This document shows positions 32,150-44,133 of a stretch of DNA of 64,000 nt, piece by piece. Each line of letters opens with the position of its first letter. Within the stretch, counting starts at the first letter, position 1. The notes beneath the pieces are model-generated. The model made no database searches, was not told where the DNA came from, and saw nothing but the letters and a program-made list of their open reading frames with translations. Source of the DNA: Flectonema sp. DT1601 (taxonomy: Eukaryota); NCBI GenBank assembly GCA_964019425.1, contig OZ025784.1, positions 992,001 through 1,056,000 on the forward strand, in the 5' to 3' direction. A program made the translations under genes and the position numbers.

Positions 32150-35100
32150 CTACAGATACCTGTCAATAAAATCATCAAAGGAGTCGTCAAAGGAATCACT
32201 TCGAGGTGGTGGTGGTGGAGGTGGTGGTACTTGAGACCTCGATGGTCTATTTCTATGTGATCGCGGAGACTTATGTATGATCTTATCGATCTGTTTAACA
32301 ATACCTGCTAGTTTATCCCTCGCTCTGTTGTCGTTTAAACGTTTTGGAGAAGGTCGATAATCATCTTCTGAGGTACCCGTCGTAGACGACGTTGAGTATC
32401 GAACATCATATCTCTTGCGAGGACTCCCAAACTTTTCTGTTGATTTAACAGGATTTGATACAGAATATTTATTACTCCTAATTGGTACTGAAGGTGGGAC
32501 CACTATACTCGATGTTGGTGCCGGCATTACAGGAATTGGTCGCAACCCTTTAACAGGTCTAAAACCTGTTGTAACAGGTGCTGGAACTATTGGAGGGGGT
32601 GGATCCGGAGGTGGGTTTAATGAAATTGGAGGAGAAGCAAGAAACCGTCCAGGACGAGGTGAAGCAGCTGATTTATAAATACGTTCTGGTGAGACTTCGG
32701 GTGGTGAAGATTGTGTCGGCTGATGTTTTGGAGACTTTGAGAGTCTCGCCTTGACTTCAGCAACTTTAACCCCGGCAGCTGTGGTCACAGCGAGTGCCTG
32801 AGACGCCATTCTTTCAACGGCTTCGATCATTGTTTGCTTAGCTGCCTGAAGTCGTTTGGTAGTTTCATTTTCTCGTAGTTTTCGTTCTTTGCGAATAACA
32901 TTTTTTTGGTCATCTTTTTGCTGTTGCAGTTCTCGTTCCTCTCTGAGGTCTCTCATTACGAGATCTTCAGTTTCCTCCGTTTGAATATTCGCAGACACAG
33001 TTCTCACACCTGATGTTGATTGAGTTGGCATTTGCTGTCGCAGCATTCGACGAGCTTCTTCCCATTTAAATCTTTCTTGTTCTGCCATCTTTTGATTCCA
33101 TTCAGCTTGTCTTGCAACTGATTCATACATCGCTGACTTTATGTTGTTCATTTCTTCAACTGCCAGTTGTTCTCGTTGTTGTTTATACTGACCGAGAGAC
33201 ACGTCAGACATGACTCCACCAACAACCCGATGGACTTCATCACGAAGTTGTATTTCAATGTCTTTTCCTAATAAAGTGTTATATTGTTGTTGAGATGGTT
33301 GACCACTAAGTGAATGTTGTTCTTGTAGATTTCTAAGTTGCTTTAACTGCTGTACTTGTAAATGTTGTATTTGAGAACTAATTGAATCAAATCCACCAAG
33401 AGGATGATAATTCCTCAACACTTCTTGTTCTCTCTCTCTCCAACTCATATCTTCCCATCGTTCTCTACCAACTCTTTGAACAGCTTTCATCTTCTCTGAG
33501 TCTGGTGTAGCAAACACTCTCCTACCTGCTTCTTCTTCTTCGATTGACATTTCTCTATATCGCTGTTCAGGTGTCGCGGATAGCATCTGAGGATATATTC
33601 CGTGAGGTAGTTTTGCTGGAGGGGATTGGTACATCTGCTGAGACGGCAGTTGCTGATGATGAGGATGAGGATGAGTATGAAGATGGGTATCATCTGAATG
33701 CGGATGATGATGAGGATGAGGATGATGTTGCGGATCATCTGAATGCTGTAGTGCTACAAACTGCTGAGGTTGTGAACCCACTCCAGGCTGTTGAGCAAAC
33801 TGTGTCGCCTGAGATGGGACTGGTTCTGGTGTCACAGGTATTCCTTCCAGTTGAGCATGTTGGAAGCTCGCCGTACTTTGGTGAGCGACTGGCAGGGTTT
33901 GAGGAAGCTGACTAACTAAGGCTTGTGAAGGAGGGGGAGTTACCTGTTGAGCTGGAATGCCCTGCTCTTGTAGTTGTTGCTGCTGCATCTGCTGCTGCTG
34001 CTGCAGCTGCTGTTGTTGCTGCTGCAATTGCAACTCTTGCTGTTGTTGTAATAACTCTTGTTGCTGTTGCTGCTGCTGTTGCTGTTGTTGTTGCAGTAAC
34101 TCTTGCTGCTGCCTTTCCATGTCAAGTTTTGCCTGTTGTAATTCTTCCTGTTGCTTCAGTAATTGTTGTTGCTGATCAAGTCTTTCCTTCTCTTGCTGTT
34201 CTAATATAGATTGATTCTCTCTGGCAAGGTCATCTTGTTTACGTTGCAGTTCCTGTTGCTGTTGTTGTAATTCAAGTTCTCGTTGCTGTTGCTCGAGCGC
34301 CATTTTTTCTTTTGCGAGGTCTGCCTGACGAGTGTCAGAAGAATTAGAAGTCTTCGAATTCGGATCGACAGGTGTCTGTGACGGAGGGACTACTGAAGCA
34401 GGTGCGGCTACAGGAGTAGGCGGCTTTGACGAAGCAACAGAAGTGGGAGCGGCTGGCTGAGGAGGCTCTGGCTTTGGCTCCGATTTTGCAGAAGACGGAG
34501 CTGGTGATGGCACCCGTTCTGGTTCTGGTGGAGGTGGTGGTGGTTCGCTTGCCTTGTCTTCCACCGGCCTACTTAAAAATGCTTCCGGAATCTCATCTCT
34601 GCACATCCACTTACAGGATTGAACTTTGCTTTCTGGATACTCTCCAGCAAGTTGAATATATAATATTTCAGGTATCTTCTGATGTTCTTTCCATAACGCT
34701 TCTAATACTGGTCCACTCTTACTGACACCAACGCTGTTGTAAAATGCTCCTATGTTTGAGACTGCGTCAGTTAGTGAAGTTTCTTTTACGGGTGACTTTG
34801 GTTGAGTTGCGGTCCACTGGATGAGGTGCATTTTGTCGGCGTATTTTGATTTAGCGACAGAATAGAAGAATTGAGGGTCTGCTTTATGTTTGTACCAAAG
34901 AGAAACAATAGCTGCATGATCTCTCTCTGGGTAGAGTTCTAGGAACTTTTGCACTGCTTCAGCGTCGGAGAGTTTTTTACCACTTTCCCCCTCTGAAGCC
35001 GATGGGGACGCTGCTTTAGCTTTTGTTTCTTTTGCTTTTCCCTTTGCTGGCGATGATGCTTTCGGACTTGCTTTGGCTTTCGGTTTTGGTTTTGGTTTCG

Positions 35101-35215
35101 GCTTTGGCTTCGATTTTTTTTCTTTTTTACCTGAGCCTCCTCCCAAATCAGCCATCGATAGTCCGCCAAAGTCCATCACTCCTGACTTGTTCTGCTTCTT
35201 CTTCCCCCCAAACAT
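32150..35215 (-). CDS. Large low-complexity Lys/Pro/Gln/His-rich coiled-coil protein
   Basis: 1021-aa ATG ORF, T-rich tract and AG just upstream. Confidence 0.85.
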   Translation of the reverse strand: MFGGKKKQNKSGVMDFGGLSMADLGGGSGKKEKKSKPKPKPKPKPKAKASPKASSPAKGKAKETKAKAASPSASEGESGKKLSDAEAVQKFLELYPERDHAAIVSLWYKHKADPQFFYSVAKSKYADKMHLIQWTATQPKSPVKETSLTDAVSNIGAFYNSVGVSKSGPVLEALWKEHQKIPEILYIQLAGEYPESKVQSCKWMCRDEIPEAFLSRPVEDKASEPPPPPPEPERVPSPAPSSAKSEPKPEPPQPAAPTSVASSKPPTPVAAPASVVPPSQTPVDPNSKTSNSSDTRQADLAKEKMALEQQQRELELQQQQQELQRKQDDLARENQSILEQQEKERLDQQQQLLKQQEELQQAKLDMERQQQELLQQQQQQQQQQQQELLQQQQELQLQQQQQQLQQQQQMQQQQLQEQGIPAQQVTPPPSQALVSQLPQTLPVAHQSTASFQHAQLEGIPVTPEPVPSQATQFAQQPGVGSQPQQFVALQHSDDPQHHPHPHHHPHSDDTHLHTHPHPHHQQLPSQQMYQSPPAKLPHGIYPQMLSATPEQRYREMSIEEEEAGRRVFATPDSEKMKAVQRVGRERWEDMSWREREQEVLRNYHPLGGFDSISSQIQHLQVQQLKQLRNLQEQHSLSGQPSQQQYNTLLGKDIEIQLRDEVHRVVGGVMSDVSLGQYKQQREQLAVEEMNNIKSAMYESVARQAEWNQKMAEQERFKWEEARRMLRQQMPTQSTSGVRTVSANIQTEETEDLVMRDLREERELQQQKDDQKNVIRKERKLRENETTKRLQAAKQTMIEAVERMASQALAVTTAAGVKVAEVKARLSKSPKHQPTQSSPPEVSPERIYKSAASPRPGRFLASPPISLNPPPDPPPPIVPAPVTTGFRPVKGLRPIPVMPAPTSSIVVPPSVPIRSNKYSVSNPVKSTEKFGSPRKRYDVRYSTSSTTGTSEDDYRPSPKRLNDNRARDKLAGIVKQIDKIIHKSPRSHRNRPSRSQVPPPPPPPPRSDSFDDSFDDFIDRYL

Positions 35216-35726
35216 TTTTAGGTGATTTCGCCACCCCGACTACCCCTCCTGTGAAAAATATAGAAATATATCAAAAAAAAAAAAAATCAAGAAAGATGTA
35301 AAAATAACAACACTTTTTGACCATTACCCTCAAGAGAGTTTGAGGGTCATTAGCTTTGGAACACCACACACAAATTCCGCCGATCAAAAAAAAAAAAATA
35401 ATAATAATAAAAAAAACGAACTCGATACTAAGAATCCGATAAGCAGTGAGGGTATCAGCCAACCAAGTAGCCGAGAGAGATGGAAAGGAAGAGAGGAAGA
35501 GGATGATAAGAGGTTTTTCAGAGGTAAGCAATAATTACTTTCCTGCTGCTACACATTTTTACTCAGACAAAGAGACGTCGAGCAAAGACGAGTTCACTGG
35601 ACATCACACAAAGGAATTATTAACGAAAAGGAAAATATAAATAAAAAACTCACTATGACCTGTTAGAGCACAGCGGTTACCAAAAGAAAAAGAGAGGCAA
35701 AAAAAACAGTAATGCGGACCACTTGC

Positions 35727-37853
35727 TCAGTTTAATTTAAAGCAAACATCCTTCACAAAACCAAATACGTTATTCTCACAATGTGATTTACCATCAGTTG
35801 ACTTGAAGCTGTTCTCAACATAGTTTCTATATTTTTGTGGGAAAGGATCAGCTGTTTTACTGACTGAGACAGCCATAGCAGGATCAGTGATGGAGTCCTT
35901 TCCTGTTTCAAGACGACCCATAAAACGACGTTCAAACGACGATTCCGAATTCCGGATGCTGAAGTCGTACCAATTTCCTGACTTCGAAATATTAAAAGTT
36001 TTGACGACCTTCTCACCAAATTTAATAAAACCGTTCTCTTGGTGAGTACCTTCACCGTAAGCCATGTCTTTGATTACAAGACCTGAACACTTTCCTGAAT
36101 CTGACACACACTTCGCACTAAATTGAACTGAATTCTTATCAGATACCTCAACCATCTCAATTACGAAATCATTTCTTCCAGAACTCGCAAAAGTTCTAAC
36201 AAAACCATTTGGTCCATGAAGACTAAGATTGTAATGATTGCTGTTCATATCCCAACTGTCCTGAAGCATCTTCGACTGTTCTATTGTGTACTTCCTCGGA
36301 GGACTTGATAATGACAGATAGTCATACACGTGGAATACAGCTGCTGGTGATGATCCAGTCTTAGGACCGACATTCTTCATTGAAATGGTAACTGTGTTTC
36401 CAACAACAGAATCTGACACATCAAAATAGTACGGCAACGCTCTTGAAACCTTTGTTCCTTGTTCCTGAGTTGGTATAACCTGAACCTTTGGTAGTTGTGG
36501 TGGAGGCATTGAGTCACATTCTTTTTTTGAATCTTTCGTGTTGTTACTGGTGTCTGGCATCACTGGAAAACTGTAATCAGGATTCTGAAAATCAAATGCG
36601 TTGATCAGATCTCCCATCACAGCACGTCTCCAAGGTGAGATATTTGGAATGGAAACATTGAAACGTTTCTCAATCAGTTTAAGTACTGAAGTGTGATCCG
36701 TTACTTCACTGTAAATAATTCCTCCATCTTTACGAGTCCAAGGTGAAACAATAAACAGAGGTACTCTAAATCCTGGTCCAATTGGATTCCCTTTTGGAAT
36801 GTTGAACTGTTCATCTTTAGTAATCTCACCAACAGTAGTGACGGTACTCTTTCCATCTTTCTCAGATGTTGGTGGGGTTGGTGTCCATAAATGATCATAA
36901 AACTGACCTCCTTCATCGTAATTTAGAATGAATGCTGTTTTTGAATAAGCTTCCTTTGCTTCTGGAAGTGAAAGTAATTTAATCAAACGAGAAGACAGAT
37001 CTTCTCCGTCTTGTGGATGATGTTGTGCATGCTCAGAGAGGTGTGCTGGTGCTATGATCCAAGAAACAGCAGGAAGTGTGTTGTGAATGAGATCTTTTTT
37101 AAACTCTTCAACGAGATCAAAACTACGAAACAATCCTTTATCAAAAAGAGCAGATCCCGGAAGTGATGTTCTAAATTGCTCAAACCACTCAAAACCATTA
37201 TCATTAAAGTTATCTAACTGTTGGTAGACTTTCCAACTAATTTTACTATTTTCTAACACTTCCGCCATCGTAATCCAGTTTACTCCAAATAGTGGTACCT
37301 TGTCATCGAGGATGTTGTGTGTTGAGTTTACTGAGAGACCATTTGAACCAGAGAAAAGATGAAATCTGTTCGGATTTGTTTGTGTAAAAGTTGACTGATA
37401 GTACATATCTCCAACTAAGAAATTATCTCCAAGAGCATAATAGTAAGGTAAGTCTTCTCTGTTGAAATGAGCCATTCCAAAGCCTGGGTCTCTCGCTGTG
37501 TTCCAAGCATTCATCTTTCCCTCATTCCACATTCTGATATCAGCGTTGTACGACATGGCTGGGGCACTCATACATGTCGCTGAGGTGTTTTTAAGTGAGA
37601 CATGAAAAGGAAGTAAAAAATCAAAATCAGTTCCATTGTACGGCTGAAAGAATGGATTCTTTTTGTTCTCCATCATCGGTGCTGATCTGTCATTGAACCC
37701 TCTCACTCCCTTCATGGTACCGTAGTAGTGGTCGAATGCTCTGTTTTCCTGCATGAAAACAACAATATGTTCGATGTCCTCCAGTCCAGCAGCATCTGTC
37801 ATCCCAGATAGCAGCAGCATGCAAGCACATCCGAGAATGTTGGTATCTTTCAT
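35727..37853 (-). CDS. Secreted bacterial-type phospholipase C (phosphoesterase family, PlcH/PlcN-like)
   Basis: Signal peptide; IEHIVVFMQENRAFDHYYG, TNPNRFHLFSG, LPAVSWIIAP...SEH, NYDEGGQFYDH, GPGFRVP, ISPWRR; C-terminal HGPNGF and GNWYDF repeats typical of bacterial PC-PLC. Confidence 0.93.
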   Translation of the reverse strand: MKDTNILGCACMLLLSGMTDAAGLEDIEHIVVFMQENRAFDHYYGTMKGVRGFNDRSAPMMENKKNPFFQPYNGTDFDFLLPFHVSLKNTSATCMSAPAMSYNADIRMWNEGKMNAWNTARDPGFGMAHFNREDLPYYYALGDNFLVGDMYYQSTFTQTNPNRFHLFSGSNGLSVNSTHNILDDKVPLFGVNWITMAEVLENSKISWKVYQQLDNFNDNGFEWFEQFRTSLPGSALFDKGLFRSFDLVEEFKKDLIHNTLPAVSWIIAPAHLSEHAQHHPQDGEDLSSRLIKLLSLPEAKEAYSKTAFILNYDEGGQFYDHLWTPTPPTSEKDGKSTVTTVGEITKDEQFNIPKGNPIGPGFRVPLFIVSPWTRKDGGIIYSEVTDHTSVLKLIEKRFNVSIPNISPWRRAVMGDLINAFDFQNPDYSFPVMPDTSNNTKDSKKECDSMPPPQLPKVQVIPTQEQGTKVSRALPYYFDVSDSVVGNTVTISMKNVGPKTGSSPAAVFHVYDYLSLSSPPRKYTIEQSKMLQDSWDMNSNHYNLSLHGPNGFVRTFASSGRNDFVIEMVEVSDKNSVQFSAKCVSDSGKCSGLVIKDMAYGEGTHQENGFIKFGEKVVKTFNISKSGNWYDFSIRNSESSFERRFMGRLETGKDSITDPAMAVSVSKTADPFPQKYRNYVENSFKSTDGKSHCENNVFGFVKDVCFKLN

Positions 37854-40424
37854 ATTTTAGTATGTATGCTCTGATTACATAGAAGTTAGTCATTAATGTC
37901 AACTTGTGTCATTGTCTCTGGTAACCTGTTTGATTAAAAAAAAGAAAAAAATATGTAAAATAATAAATAAACCTTTCACACATAAACATCCGATAGCTGA
38001 CCATATCGAAGGGAGAATTTTTCCTCCAAAAAGAAAAGAAACGAAAAAAAAAAGAAAATACAAATCACATCTTTTTTTTTTTCTCTCTCCCACCCTCTAG
38101 AATGTTTTTAAAATCTTGTGACAAAAAACCCATCCGTGGATAGGCTACAAGAATAATACACCATCACACAACACCACACGGGAATCACAATACCAAGCAG
38201 CTTATGTCAGCCATCGGTGTTTACTAGTCACCAGTACTGTGGCTTCACAAATCCTATATTGCATTATTCTTATCTCATTTTTTTTTTTTTTTTTCCCCCT
38301 TTCTATTTTCGTGAATTCCCTTCCCCTCCCTTTCCACCGATCACTATTTGGTCAATTTTTTTTTTTTTTTAATAATTATTAGAATTAAAAAAAAAGTAGG
38401 ATGCAAAAAAAAAGTTAATATTAATTAAGGGGAAAAAAAAAGAGAAATTTTTCTCGGCATCGATCGCTGGTTCACAATTATTGTCCCACGATGGCCATGG
38501 TATACAGAAAAATACATCAAAAATATATTTTGGAAAAGTGCGCAAACTTTTACAGTAAAAGTTAACATATTTACCTTCCATTTTAGAAAGAGTAATCCAC
38601 ATAAAGTAATTCAATTTCTTTTTTCAATAAAAGAAAAAACTGAAGCCACCCGACGAAGAGTTTGCAATGATTCCTTTTTTTTTTTTTCTTTTTTGGATAA
38701 ACATTAAACACACAAGGCTTTTTTTTCTCTCACTTCTCACAGAATCTCATCTTTTTTACTGAAAATCAGAACAAATTCACATACGGATAGAAAACCTTCC
38801 TGTGAAAAAGACTGACGGACAATTAAAGAAAAAAGATGGGAAAGAAGAAAGAAAAAAAAGGGGGACAAAAAAAAAAAAAAAAAGAAAAAAAACGAAATTA
38901 ACAAACAGAAATAAAAAGAATTCCCTTTGCACGACCAGACTTCATTATTTTGAGAAAAAAAAAAAAAAAAAAAAAGGAAACTACAAGTCCACCCAAAAAA
39001 ACTGTGGGTATCGACTCTTTTCCCAATAAAAAAGAACACGTACATGCCACGGTTATGATAATGATGTCGTGCACTGGGGGAAAAGGGAGATGAGTACATC
39101 CACAGGCGTAACCCAATTTATGATCACAAAAAAAACCTCTCCAAATAACACCGAGAAAACTGCAAAAAAAAAAAAAAAAAAAAAAGGAACAACACATGCA
39201 CAACGAAAAACTTAAAAAAAATTGCTTCCAGTACAGGGAGCCAAACGATTTTAGTTTTTTTCTTTTTTTTTTTTTTTTTTTGCACTTAGTCGCTCTAAAG
39301 TTGGAGAAGAAAACTATTCAGATTAAGAGCCCGTTATTTATTGGATCGGTTATTTTTCCACAGTGCTAAAAGTATTACATTGTCTGCGATCAACAACAAA
39401 AAACAAGACTTTTTTTTTTTTTTTTTTTCATCTGAAATAGTTTTTTTTTTTTAAAGCTACACAAAGGAATGGGCTAATAAAAAAAACAAACGAGAACAAA
39501 AAAAACAAAAAAAAAAAAAAAAGAAAGATTAAAATTGGATTCACGCGGAACATTGTAACGCAAAAAAAAAAAAAAAAAGAAAAAAAAAGATAATAATAAT
39601 AATAATAAACAAAACAATAAGATGTCAGAAAACAAGAAACCACACACGCAGAAATGACGTAGTAAAGCATTCGAACGCGTGATAATCAAAATTTCTAAAG
39701 GAAAAGAAAAAATACCCTTTATCATTCCGTGAAAACAATTACCTTATTTATATAAACCACGTATTGCGTTGGTGTGATTTTTTTTTTTTTAATACCAAAA
39801 CTATATAAACATCATCAGTAGAAAATTATTTAACGAACATAGGAATTAGAGAGTTAGAAGGGACGAGGAGACAATAAAAAGAGCGAAGCATCCCAAGACC
39901 ACAACTCGCCAAACACTGACAAAGCAGCGCCGACGAAATTTTCATCAAAACTAATGTTTTTTTTTTAAAAGACCAAAAAAGGTAGTAATAAAAAACTGTA
40001 GAAGAAACAGGTAAATCTTTTTACGGGCGTTTTTTTTTTTTTTTTTCCCCCTCTTTTTTTTTAAATAGCTCATTTAGGGGGAATGATTACAGAGAGAGAG
40101 AGAGAACACAGATCATTTCAGTCGTCCAAAAACTGAACAAACAGTCGCTTTGCACTCGGAGTTTCACTCTTGTTGGACGACACTTAATATCTGTTCATAA
40201 TTATTTTAAAAAGAACGGAAACACTCTTCTTCAAAGTAACATTCTTGAGCAAGTTACCAAAAAGGATTTTTCCTTTATTTTGAACCACAAGAACAACACT
40301 GGAAGTTAGTCCGTTGTCAGCCTACCGACTCCCATCACCATATTCATATGCAGAGACGCGTAACACAAAAAGTTCCCTTCCAAAAGGAAATGACACACTA
40401 GAAAACACCACTAAATATGTTATA

Positions 40425-42221
40425 TTAAACAGGGCTTGCTAGGCTTGCTGATGTTAGGTTAAGACTCTGAGGTCTCTTATCATTATTTGTTAAAGGATTA
40501 TTGTTAGTTGTGCTGGCTAATGGAAGAGTACGACGCTTCATTCCAGTAGTTGATTTCATTAATAAGTCAGTTGATCTGATTGGAATAAAACTTTGAGTCA
40601 GTCCTTGATCAGCAATTGACATTCTTGCGGATTGTCTCTTGTGGTTTGTGTCACGGAGGAGGGAAGCCTTTTCAATGCGGATCTCTGCCTCACGTTCTGG
40701 AGTGATCGGAAACATAAAGAGAAGAATAACTCCCACTAAGATCAAAACAGGTCCGACAATTCCAATAACCCAACGAAGGGCTGTTCCTACTCCATCAGGT
40801 TGCCCACATATACATGAATCTAAATTATTGCAATCACAGATTTCAGCAACTGCTAGATTCGCTCTGCAACAAGGATCTTCCCATCCAGCAACGTTGAGAG
40901 CCATAGCAGACCCAGCCAAAGCAATTCCAGCTCCCATTTTCATAAAGAATACGAAGAAGGCGTAGAAGATAGCCTCCTCACGTCTTCCAGTTTTCAACTC
41001 AGCGTCATCGACAACTGACGGAAGCATCGCCCATGGAAGAAGATAGCAGGCAGACAAAGCGAATCCAGCAGAAATACAAATAGCAAGTCCAGCCCACACA
41101 GATGCGTCATCAGGTAACCAGTACAGAATATGAAGTAATGGAGCTAAGAGAGAACCTCCAATCATGTAGGATTTCTTCTTACCTATTTTCTTCATTATAA
41201 TCATCCAAAGAGGCATTCCAATAGTTGCGCAGGAGACTAACGCACCCAACAGGTATTGAAAGTTGTCTTTCCAAGTTGGGATGCTGTACTTTGCGTAAAG
41301 AAGAATATTACCCTGAACAGCTTGAACAGTTAACCAAATAAAAAAGAATGCACCCGTCAGTGTTACGAATGCTCTGTTGTTTAACGCAAGTTTAATACTT
41401 GATAAAATTGATTCTTTCTCATCTTCAGGAACTTCCTTCACAACAACTCTTTCTTTAACTCCGAGAGGACAGATGATTCCACCGACTGCGATTACTGCAG
41501 TCATTACTACAGCGCTGTAGAAGTAACCTCTCTCAGCATCTTTATCGATTGTGTCTGGTGCGTCACAAGAAGAACAGGTATCATCATTAGCACCGAATTG
41601 AGATAGAATTATTCCTTGGAGACCTGCTCCAAATAAAACTGAAAGAATCTCTGCAAGCATTCTCCATGTAGTTGCTGCATCACGTTGTTTACCATCGTGA
41701 TGCATACGAACAGTTAGTGCGGTGTATGGAACATGATAAGCAGAAGTTCCAAGCTGGAATAATAAATACATAGCGAAGTGCCATCCGGCACGTTGACCAG
41801 CACTAAGCCCAGGAATAATAATCCATATCCCAATGTAGGCTGCTGATGTTGGGATGGCTCCAATTAGTAACCATCTTCTGAGGTTCGGATATTTTGAGAC
41901 AAGCGCTCCAACCAACGCCGTGGTGATGGCATCCCAACCTCTTCCAACGAACATCATCAGTGATACAAGTGTAGCCTGGATTTGAGCAACTTCTAACAAA
42001 AAAGGATTTAAATAAAATCCTGTTGTTGTTGTTGACAGAGCATTGACTAACGCACCGGCTGCGAATGAGAACTTTTCTGCTGATGAAAGCGGATCTATTT
42101 CCGTATCGAGAAGTCTTTCTCCTTCATCTTCATACTGATCCAATCCTGACTTGTGTTTTGACACATCAACTTCTGATACTATTCCATCAGTGCCGTACCT
42201 TTCATTTGTTAATTTTCCCAT
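40425..42221 (-). CDS. MFS transporter, GPH/MFSD2-like cation symporter
   Basis: ~12 TM helices; GRGWDAIT, YHVPYTAL, LLPWAMLPSVVD, RREEAIFYAFFVFFMK; first ATG at 42221. Confidence 0.9.
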   Translation of the reverse strand: MGKLTNERYGTDGIVSEVDVSKHKSGLDQYEDEGERLLDTEIDPLSSAEKFSFAAGALVNALSTTTTGFYLNPFLLEVAQIQATLVSLMMFVGRGWDAITTALVGALVSKYPNLRRWLLIGAIPTSAAYIGIWIIIPGLSAGQRAGWHFAMYLLFQLGTSAYHVPYTALTVRMHHDGKQRDAATTWRMLAEILSVLFGAGLQGIILSQFGANDDTCSSCDAPDTIDKDAERGYFYSAVVMTAVIAVGGIICPLGVKERVVVKEVPEDEKESILSSIKLALNNRAFVTLTGAFFFIWLTVQAVQGNILLYAKYSIPTWKDNFQYLLGALVSCATIGMPLWMIIMKKIGKKKSYMIGGSLLAPLLHILYWLPDDASVWAGLAICISAGFALSACYLLPWAMLPSVVDDAELKTGRREEAIFYAFFVFFMKMGAGIALAGSAMALNVAGWEDPCCRANLAVAEICDCNNLDSCICGQPDGVGTALRWVIGIVGPVLILVGVILLFMFPITPEREAEIRIEKASLLRDTNHKRQSARMSIADQGLTQSFIPIRSTDLLMKSTTGMKRRTLPLASTTNNNPLTNNDKRPQSLNLTSASLASPV

Positions 42222-42543
42222 TGTTGTTGGTTTTTTTTTTTTTTTTTCGTTCGATAACCTGACTGTGTGGGGGGATTGAATAAAACTCAATTTTTTTTTT
42301 TTTTTAAAGTATCTTATAAAGTAGAAAAAGAAATCACCAAATTGCTTAAAAACAACAACAAAAAAAAAAAGCTACTAACCAATGATGACAAATTGTAAAG
42401 AAATGACAGAGAAATTATAAAGTTCTGTAAGGTAAGAGAACTTTAAAAGAAAGAAGGGACACGGGACAAAGCAAGAGCGGAAAAATAACATCTCCCACAG
42501 CACAGATAAGGATTGAGGGTAGACAATGCCTTTGAATGTAACT

Positions 42544-43713
42544 CTACGGCTGTTGATCTTCCTTGGCTGGTTCTTCAGAATTTGGTTTTTCTTCATTCTT
42601 CTTGGCTTCTTCTTGTTCATGTTGTTTTAATGAAGAAACTAATTCTTCCTGCATCTTCTGAACCTCGTCGCTCTTCATGTCTGCACCAACCTGTTTTTTT
42701 TTTTTAATTGTTTCTTTTGTGAAGAAGTGAGATCAAAATATAATAACAAAACAGAACTTACCTCCTTCATCAGATTTCCAAATGCCTCCGCAAGTTTCTC
42801 TGGGCCCTTACCGTTTGCAAGTCTGATTTTTTTTTTTTTTAATTTTTTTTTTTTTTAGATCTGATGAGTAATAAATAAACAAACGTACTCTTCTTTCAAT
42901 TTCTCGATATCAGAATCAGGAGTTCCAGAGGCCTTGAGAAGGTCATCGAGACCGTCAACTCCCGGCATCTCATCGTTCATCAGTTTTTTAAATACTTCGC
43001 TGAAATCTTCTGTTTCACTTCCTTCAGCTCCTGGAGATGAACCAACACCAGGTCCACCCATAGCCTTTAGTAAGTCGGCCATTTTTTCATCATCTGGTTT
43101 ACCGTCTTTGTTCATCCTGTTTGTTTGATTGTTATAATTGATTCAGCAGTTTATTAAAAACAAATAATAAAAAAAGGTGAAAAAGTTATAATTACATTGA
43201 CAGGAATTGATCTCCACCTCCTCCCATAGCCTGGAGTAGTTGGGCGAGTTGCTCAGTTGATTCTTGCGGTTCAGCTCCAGTTTCACCAGCACCCTCTTCC
43301 ATGCCTTTAACAACACCAGCAACGCTTTGTTGGAGTTGTTCAATAAATGGGTTGAGTGGATCGTTTTCAGTTGTTGGGTTTCCTTCGTCGTCTTTACCCA
43401 TTTCTTTTGTTACGGAGTCTAAGAGTCCGAGACACTTCTTAAATATGTCTTCATCGGAATCACCATCACTATTATTAACTAAACTGAGTCCTTGTTCTAC
43501 CAGTGATTTCAACTCAGCGTCTTCGTTACCTCCATCACCGAGACTCGATAAAGCGTTTTCTAATAATTTTGATATGTCTTGGTCACCTTCTTCTATTGTG
43601 ACTTCTGATTTTTTCTTCTTTTTTTCTTCTTGTCTGTGGTCTTCATCTTCCTTTGCTTTATCATAACTGTCGAGGGCGTCGTCGAGGAGAGCGTCTAGGT
43701 CGTCATCTTCCAT
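42544..43713 (-). CDS. PEX19: PEX19-like peroxin, 4 exons: 43713-43196, 43116-42889, 42822-42762, 42690-42544
   Basis: N-terminal MEDDDLDALLDDALDSY matches the Pex3-binding motif; acidic helical body; GT-AG introns restore one frame. Confidence 0.7.
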
Positions 43714-44046
43714 AATATTTATTTTAAAAAGTTCTGTTTTTTTTTTTGTTTTTTTGTAAGAAATCATAAATACTCAAAACAAACAAAAACTATTTTGAAC
43801 ACGAAGTTTCAAGAACCTTAATCTTATACTACTTGTCCCTTTTAGGCCTTCATCAGTAAGTTCTGTGAACTTCATTCTGGTATTTTAGTAAATTAGATTT
43901 ATCAATTGGTCTATTTCAAAAGAACTGATTTCTTAATGTCCATTGTAGCTCGCCAGGACAACCAGGACGGGGGATCATATATTTGTTTTTCGTACTGATG
44001 TTCATTTTATGACGAACGAGTACAACTTCTCTTTCATCACAACCTG

Positions 44047-44133
44047 ATAGAAACAGATAGATAAAGAAGTCACTACATTGCGCATTGTGATCTCTGATAC
44101 AAAACTAAAGAGCACAATCTTTGTTTGGATTAT
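44047..44133. repeat. Dispersed duplication, copy 1 (partner 46107-46225)
   Basis: 68-bp core with 2 mismatches plus a shared caatcttt(t)gtttggattat tail. Confidence 0.9.
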
